Part shown: piece after piece, positions 23,930-64,000 of the stretch
Layout of the letters: every line of letters starts with the position of its first letter
Numbering within the stretch: position 1 is the stretch's first letter
NCBI GenBank assembly: GCA_035084275.1
Contig: CM068751.1
Coordinates: 5,580,001-5,644,000 of the forward strand
Length of the DNA: 64,000 nt
Reading direction: 5' to 3'
Source of the DNA: Hydrolagus colliei
Taxonomy: Eukaryota
Translations under genes and position numbers: made by a program
The notes under the pieces: model-generated
Databases searched by the model: none
What the model was told of the DNA's origin: nothing
Seen by the model: only the letters and a program-made list of their open reading frames with translations

Positions 23930-23939
23930 GTCACGTGAC
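23930..23939. promoter_or_regulatory. Palindromic E-box (USF/MiT-TFE CLEAR-type)
   Basis: GTCACGTGAC perfect palindrome upstream of MSL2; a second GTCACGTG lies near 24514. Confidence 0.6.
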
Positions 23940-24467
23940 GGCGGAAAATTGAGGGGGGGCAAAGAAACACGGAGTGTCCGCTGCACTGCCTGATTTTTTT
24001 TACACACACAGTAAATATGTGTAACACGCCCAATCCCTCACCCCCCCCCCCCATCCCTTCACATCACAAGATATTGCATTACAATTATAATCCCTTCTCT
24101 CCGCCGCCGCCCTCCCGTTTTATATTCTACCGATCTGAAGAAAATTAAATTTATTTTCCGTTGTGCGTCGCCTCCGCCATGTAATCTCAGTGTAGGTTTT
24201 GCTTTCAATTTAAAAATGACTCCAGTTTTGCTGCAATGGTAAAAGGGTTATGGATTTTATGTCAGATTGGTTCCGCTCCCTCTGAGCGAAAAAAATACAT
24301 TTACGATTTGCTTATCCCGCTTCTCTTTCTATATAACTATCCCACCAGGGAAGTGACCGCGACGCTGAGTTATAAGAATACACTGCGTGCCGCACAATTA
24401 CTCAGTCAATACTACAGATAAGCCTTGAGGTCTTTCGATTTTATACGGGGCTCGTCCGACTCGCGGA

Positions 24468-24487
24468 GGCTGCTGGGAGTTGTAGTC
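24468..24487 (-). promoter_or_regulatory. ZNF143/THAP11 (SBS2/M4) motif
   Basis: Reverse strand reads GACTACAACTCCCAGCAGCC, matching the ACTACAnnTCCCAG consensus typical of bidirectional promoters. Confidence 0.75.
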
Positions 24488-24769
24488 GGCGGGCTGACTG
24501 GCGCTGCTCTGCTGTCACGTGGCCGCGCCTCCCTGAGAACTCCAGCTCTACCCGCCCACAGGCGGACTGCTCCAAAACAAACACACCTCTACGCATGCGT
24601 TTTGCAACCTAACCTGCTGCCTGGTCTTTGATGGGCGGAGCCCATCTCGCCGTTCCCCTCTTGTCCGTCTGAGAACGCCATTGGGTGTTTCGCCGTGTCA
24701 ATCAACCGGTCGATCAAGTTTGGTTGAACGGGAGCACAGCCTCTCTTTTTCTCACTCTGGTCAGCGGTC

Positions 24770-36499
<11,730 letters not shown>

Positions 36500-36641
36500 T
36501 AAGTTTGAAAATAGGCCTCCTAAAAAAAAGTGTTTGTATTAGATTTCTTAACCTAAAAATGCCCGAATGCACCCATCAATCAAGAAACTTTTTTTTACTA
36601 TTCCGAATTGACTCAAACACTGTTAATGAATGTTACTGAAC

Positions 36642-36647
36642 AATAAA
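36642..36647 (+). terminator. Candidate PCCB polyadenylation signal
   Basis: First AATAAA, ~145 nt after the stop codon. Confidence 0.55.
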
Positions 36648-37038
36648 AGGTGGGTGGCTGCCAGAAGCACCTTGTTGAGAATATTTGTCTACTAGTGGTG
36701 TCCTCTGTACTACTTAAGAGTTGATTCGAGTCAAAGTAAAATATGTTTGGCATAGAGAAACAATATTATGGGTACGTAAAAAAAAAAAAAGCTACATTGA
36801 TCTAAATACTTACGGTTTTATGAGCTTCTGTTAAATTTACGGAGCCCAAAAGACCTAATAACCATTTTTTATAAAGACAATTGTTACAATTAAATTCTAC
36901 AGTAATAATATTAAGAGGATTTTTTTCTTACACTCATGTTGTGGAGACTGGGAAGATTTATTGTAATGCACAAGGAGTTAGACCTCATTCAAGGTTGAAA
37001 TTTAAAACCAGAAGGACTCAACGGATTTTTTGAAACAG

Positions 37039-37044
37039 TTTATT
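37039..37044 (-). terminator. Candidate STAG1 polyadenylation signal
   Basis: AATAAA on - strand ~2.1 kb past the stop, preceded by TGTA motifs; another at 36957-36962. Confidence 0.45.
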
Positions 37045-39143
37045 AAAGGAAAGGTGAAGCATCAGCTTTAAAATGTACAAAAAGAAATTTTATACTGAAA
37101 ATGTACAATTTACAGTATTACTAGTAAAACCGATCAAGGTAACACTCAAAATATAAAACGTATTAACTTCAAACTCAATTTCGAGCTCAGCATGGAGGTA
37201 CCCAACATGAAACCACCGTTTCACATTCTGCTACAATACTGCCAAGACTTTAGGTTTAAATAGTTTACTGCACAGTGTAAGTTTCAATGCAGAGATGGTT
37301 CTACCCATGCAGTACCTAGCGTTGCACCACTCAGTCCACCAAACTAGATCAGATCATTGACAGTATAGTCTGAGAAGTACTGTACAAAACTAACCAATAT
37401 CGCATATTTTCACAACTGCTTACTAGCACTACCAAAAAGTCGACCTTTAAAATCAGATTTTCTGTTCATCTAAATTACTTAATGGTAGATTAGTAAATGA
37501 CTCATATGACCTTAGAATTTAAAACCTAAAGTTACAACTACTTTTCAAAACGTGAGCAAAAGTTAAAATTTATGTAATATTCTTTCCATTTACTACAGTA
37601 GCTTCCAAATATTTTCAGCAAACAATTTCACTTAACATTCTTTGATTAGTTTTTGTATTGTGAAATTTTGTGTCAAAGTAAATTTCTATATAGAAGACTG
37701 CCCTTCCAGTTGAAATTGAGTGTTAAAAATTTTAAACCATAGTTCTCAAAATTAATTTTGTTTCTGATACTAGCTGTAAGTATACAATTAGGTGGAAAAA
37801 ATGTCATCAAAAGAAGAATTAAAATCTGAAGGTAAGCAATTTGACCAGAAGCGAGACAGATGGAACACACATTCTAGCACAGAAGGGTCAATCCTCCATT
37901 TAGTCGATTACTGAAATCTGTTTTGTATAAAATTAACATATCTGCAAAAGTACATTTAAACAATTTTGAAAGTCAAAAAGTGGGTATTGATCATGACTGT
38001 ACACAAAGTCTGGAATCAAGGGCAACTGCTCATCAGAATTTAATTATGAAATGTGGTTTTGACCAAAATTTTACACCTTTAGGAGGGATACATAGATTTT
38101 TTGCAATTTTTATTTAAAAAGACATCGTGCTGTGATATGTTATCTATTAATAAACACTTCGCAGCCAATTGTATTAAGGAAAGCGATTTCCTAGCCCCCA
38201 AATTCCTGTCAAGTTCTGAGCATTAAAAGTAAAAGCTAAATGCACAGAGCTATTAAACATCTCAACTCTGCTGAAGTCAAACTTAAATCAGCTAATGAGT
38301 AGTCTTCACAGTAAATAAGGCAGCTTTTATTATTAAAGGAAATAGCTTGCAGGAGTCATTACAGACTTTAATAAGAAAAGATCTCTGGATTACTCTGGTG
38401 TTCCCAGTGATATGTGGCAGCAATGTCACATTTCTAACCTCCCCCACATTTATACATGTGCTGTATAGAAGCTTTTCAATTGCTATCCGTTTAACCTATC
38501 CCACCTTCTCAATAAAATTAATGCATACCACAAAGAAACCAAACTCCAGTGTGAGAAAATTGCCTTGCTCCTGACCTAATTTTTCAGCATTTTTTTTGCC
38601 TTCTGAAAAATTTATAAGCTTGAATTAAAAAACATAACATAAACTGCTGATCTCAAAACTTATCTTTTTATATTAAACTGTACAGCAGAAAAAAATTACA
38701 AAAACTCATAGGGAACTATTCTGTACGTTTGGTGTCAACTGCTGCATGTGCCACCCTATTTTTCTTTAAATATGCCTTCATGATTTCAATACAATTTATT
38801 CCTGGTTGATATATATAACTTTTATTTTAATCCTACTGTTAGCACTCCCCAGCAGTCGTACAGTCTGTCAGATCATTTTGGAACGCAAGCCTTCCTGGGA
38901 AGATGCATTTTTCAGTCCATAGGTACAGTCTGCATCAGCCACAGACCATTATACTGCTTCCTCCTTCAGGTGTCCCCATTTATCATAATCAAATCTTCAT
39001 CAAGTTTATCCTTTGATAAAAAATAAATCAGATCTTGAATATGTAAAATTTAGTTTAAAAGTTGCTGTCACAGTATTTTAGACCTTGGATTCTCTCTCTC
39101 TAGACGATGGAGTTCTTAAAAATATAAAACTTCCAGCAGCCTC

Positions 39144-63202
<24,059 letters not shown>

Positions 63203-64000
63203 CTGAAAGACAAGCAAGCATTGCAAAATACAATTTCAAATGAAAACAAATAGGGTACTGTTAAATTTACATTTACATTTCATTGCACAATTCAAGATAC
63301 CCAGAAAGCTAGACATATTAAGTAATCATTCAGTTAAGTACGTAATATGAAACTAATATGGAATGCAATACAAACCTAGATATGAAAAAAATGTATTTAA
63401 CATCTACAGCATGCATTTTAACCTGCTTGTGTTGTAATAGGTTAATTCCATGGAAAATGTGAGGCTTTAAATACAAATTGACCTGAAAATTGCATTTATA
63501 GACCCTCCCTGCACAGGTCAATAAAAGCAATTAATGTGTAAAATGCTACAACGAAGCCCAAGTACATGCTTCAACATCATTAACCAACAATATCCCCTTT
63601 GTGCTTCCAGTACCTACTACTGCATCAGTATGTTCGCCTGATTACCAACTTCATACTTGATCCCATCTCGTGAGTTTGGCAGGGAATTTAAAACCTTTCT
63701 GGTATAAAAGCAGCTTAAACAAATGGACACCAATACTCGGAAGCAGATGCATAAAAATATGTAGATTTCACGAAATTGTAAGCGGGGCCGGGGGGCATGG
63801 GAGTGTTAAAAGCGGAAATAATGCTTTATTTAGTACTATTGTACTTTTATTTATGAAGACAATATGCTGATTTGCTTTCATAAAAGTGATTTGATGAACA
63901 TGTTGGGAATGGCTAATTTTGATAATTTGGTGTAAATAGCAGAGGGCTGCCATCGGTAATGGAGCTAAATGGCAACAATGCATTCAAGAGAGGGGAGCAA

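Noticed and set aside
22849-23938. + strand ORFs of 179 and 253 aa
   Set aside because: Antisense to MSL2 exon 1 in a GC-rich island full of microsatellites, where stop depletion is expected

Overview
Vertebrate nuclear DNA: AT-rich, with short introns and one CpG island. The SINE, L2, CR1 and DeuSINE content and the compactness suggest a cartilaginous fish, probably a chimaera such as Callorhinchus (inference). The window holds the conserved synteny block PPP2R3A (last 6 coding exons, +), MSL2 (2 coding exons, -), PCCB (15 exons, +) and STAG1 (exons 3-34, -; start lies beyond the window). All exon boundaries were read by hand and keep frame. MSL2 and PCCB are head-to-head across a CpG island, with start codons only ~1.8 kb apart. 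Repeats include a tRNA-derived SINE family, Deu-domain SINEs, L2/CR1 fragments and several MITEs. I found no new multi-gene system. The most interesting signals are regulatory: (1) stacked uORFs plus candidate poison exons in MSL2; (2) a partial exon duplicate in PPP2R3A with its own splice sites, readable in a new frame; (3) a GC-AG intron at PCCB intron 14; (4) a convergent pair of extended CTCF motifs downstream of MSL2; (5) a diverged repeat pair with coding-like divergence downstream of PPP2R3A.
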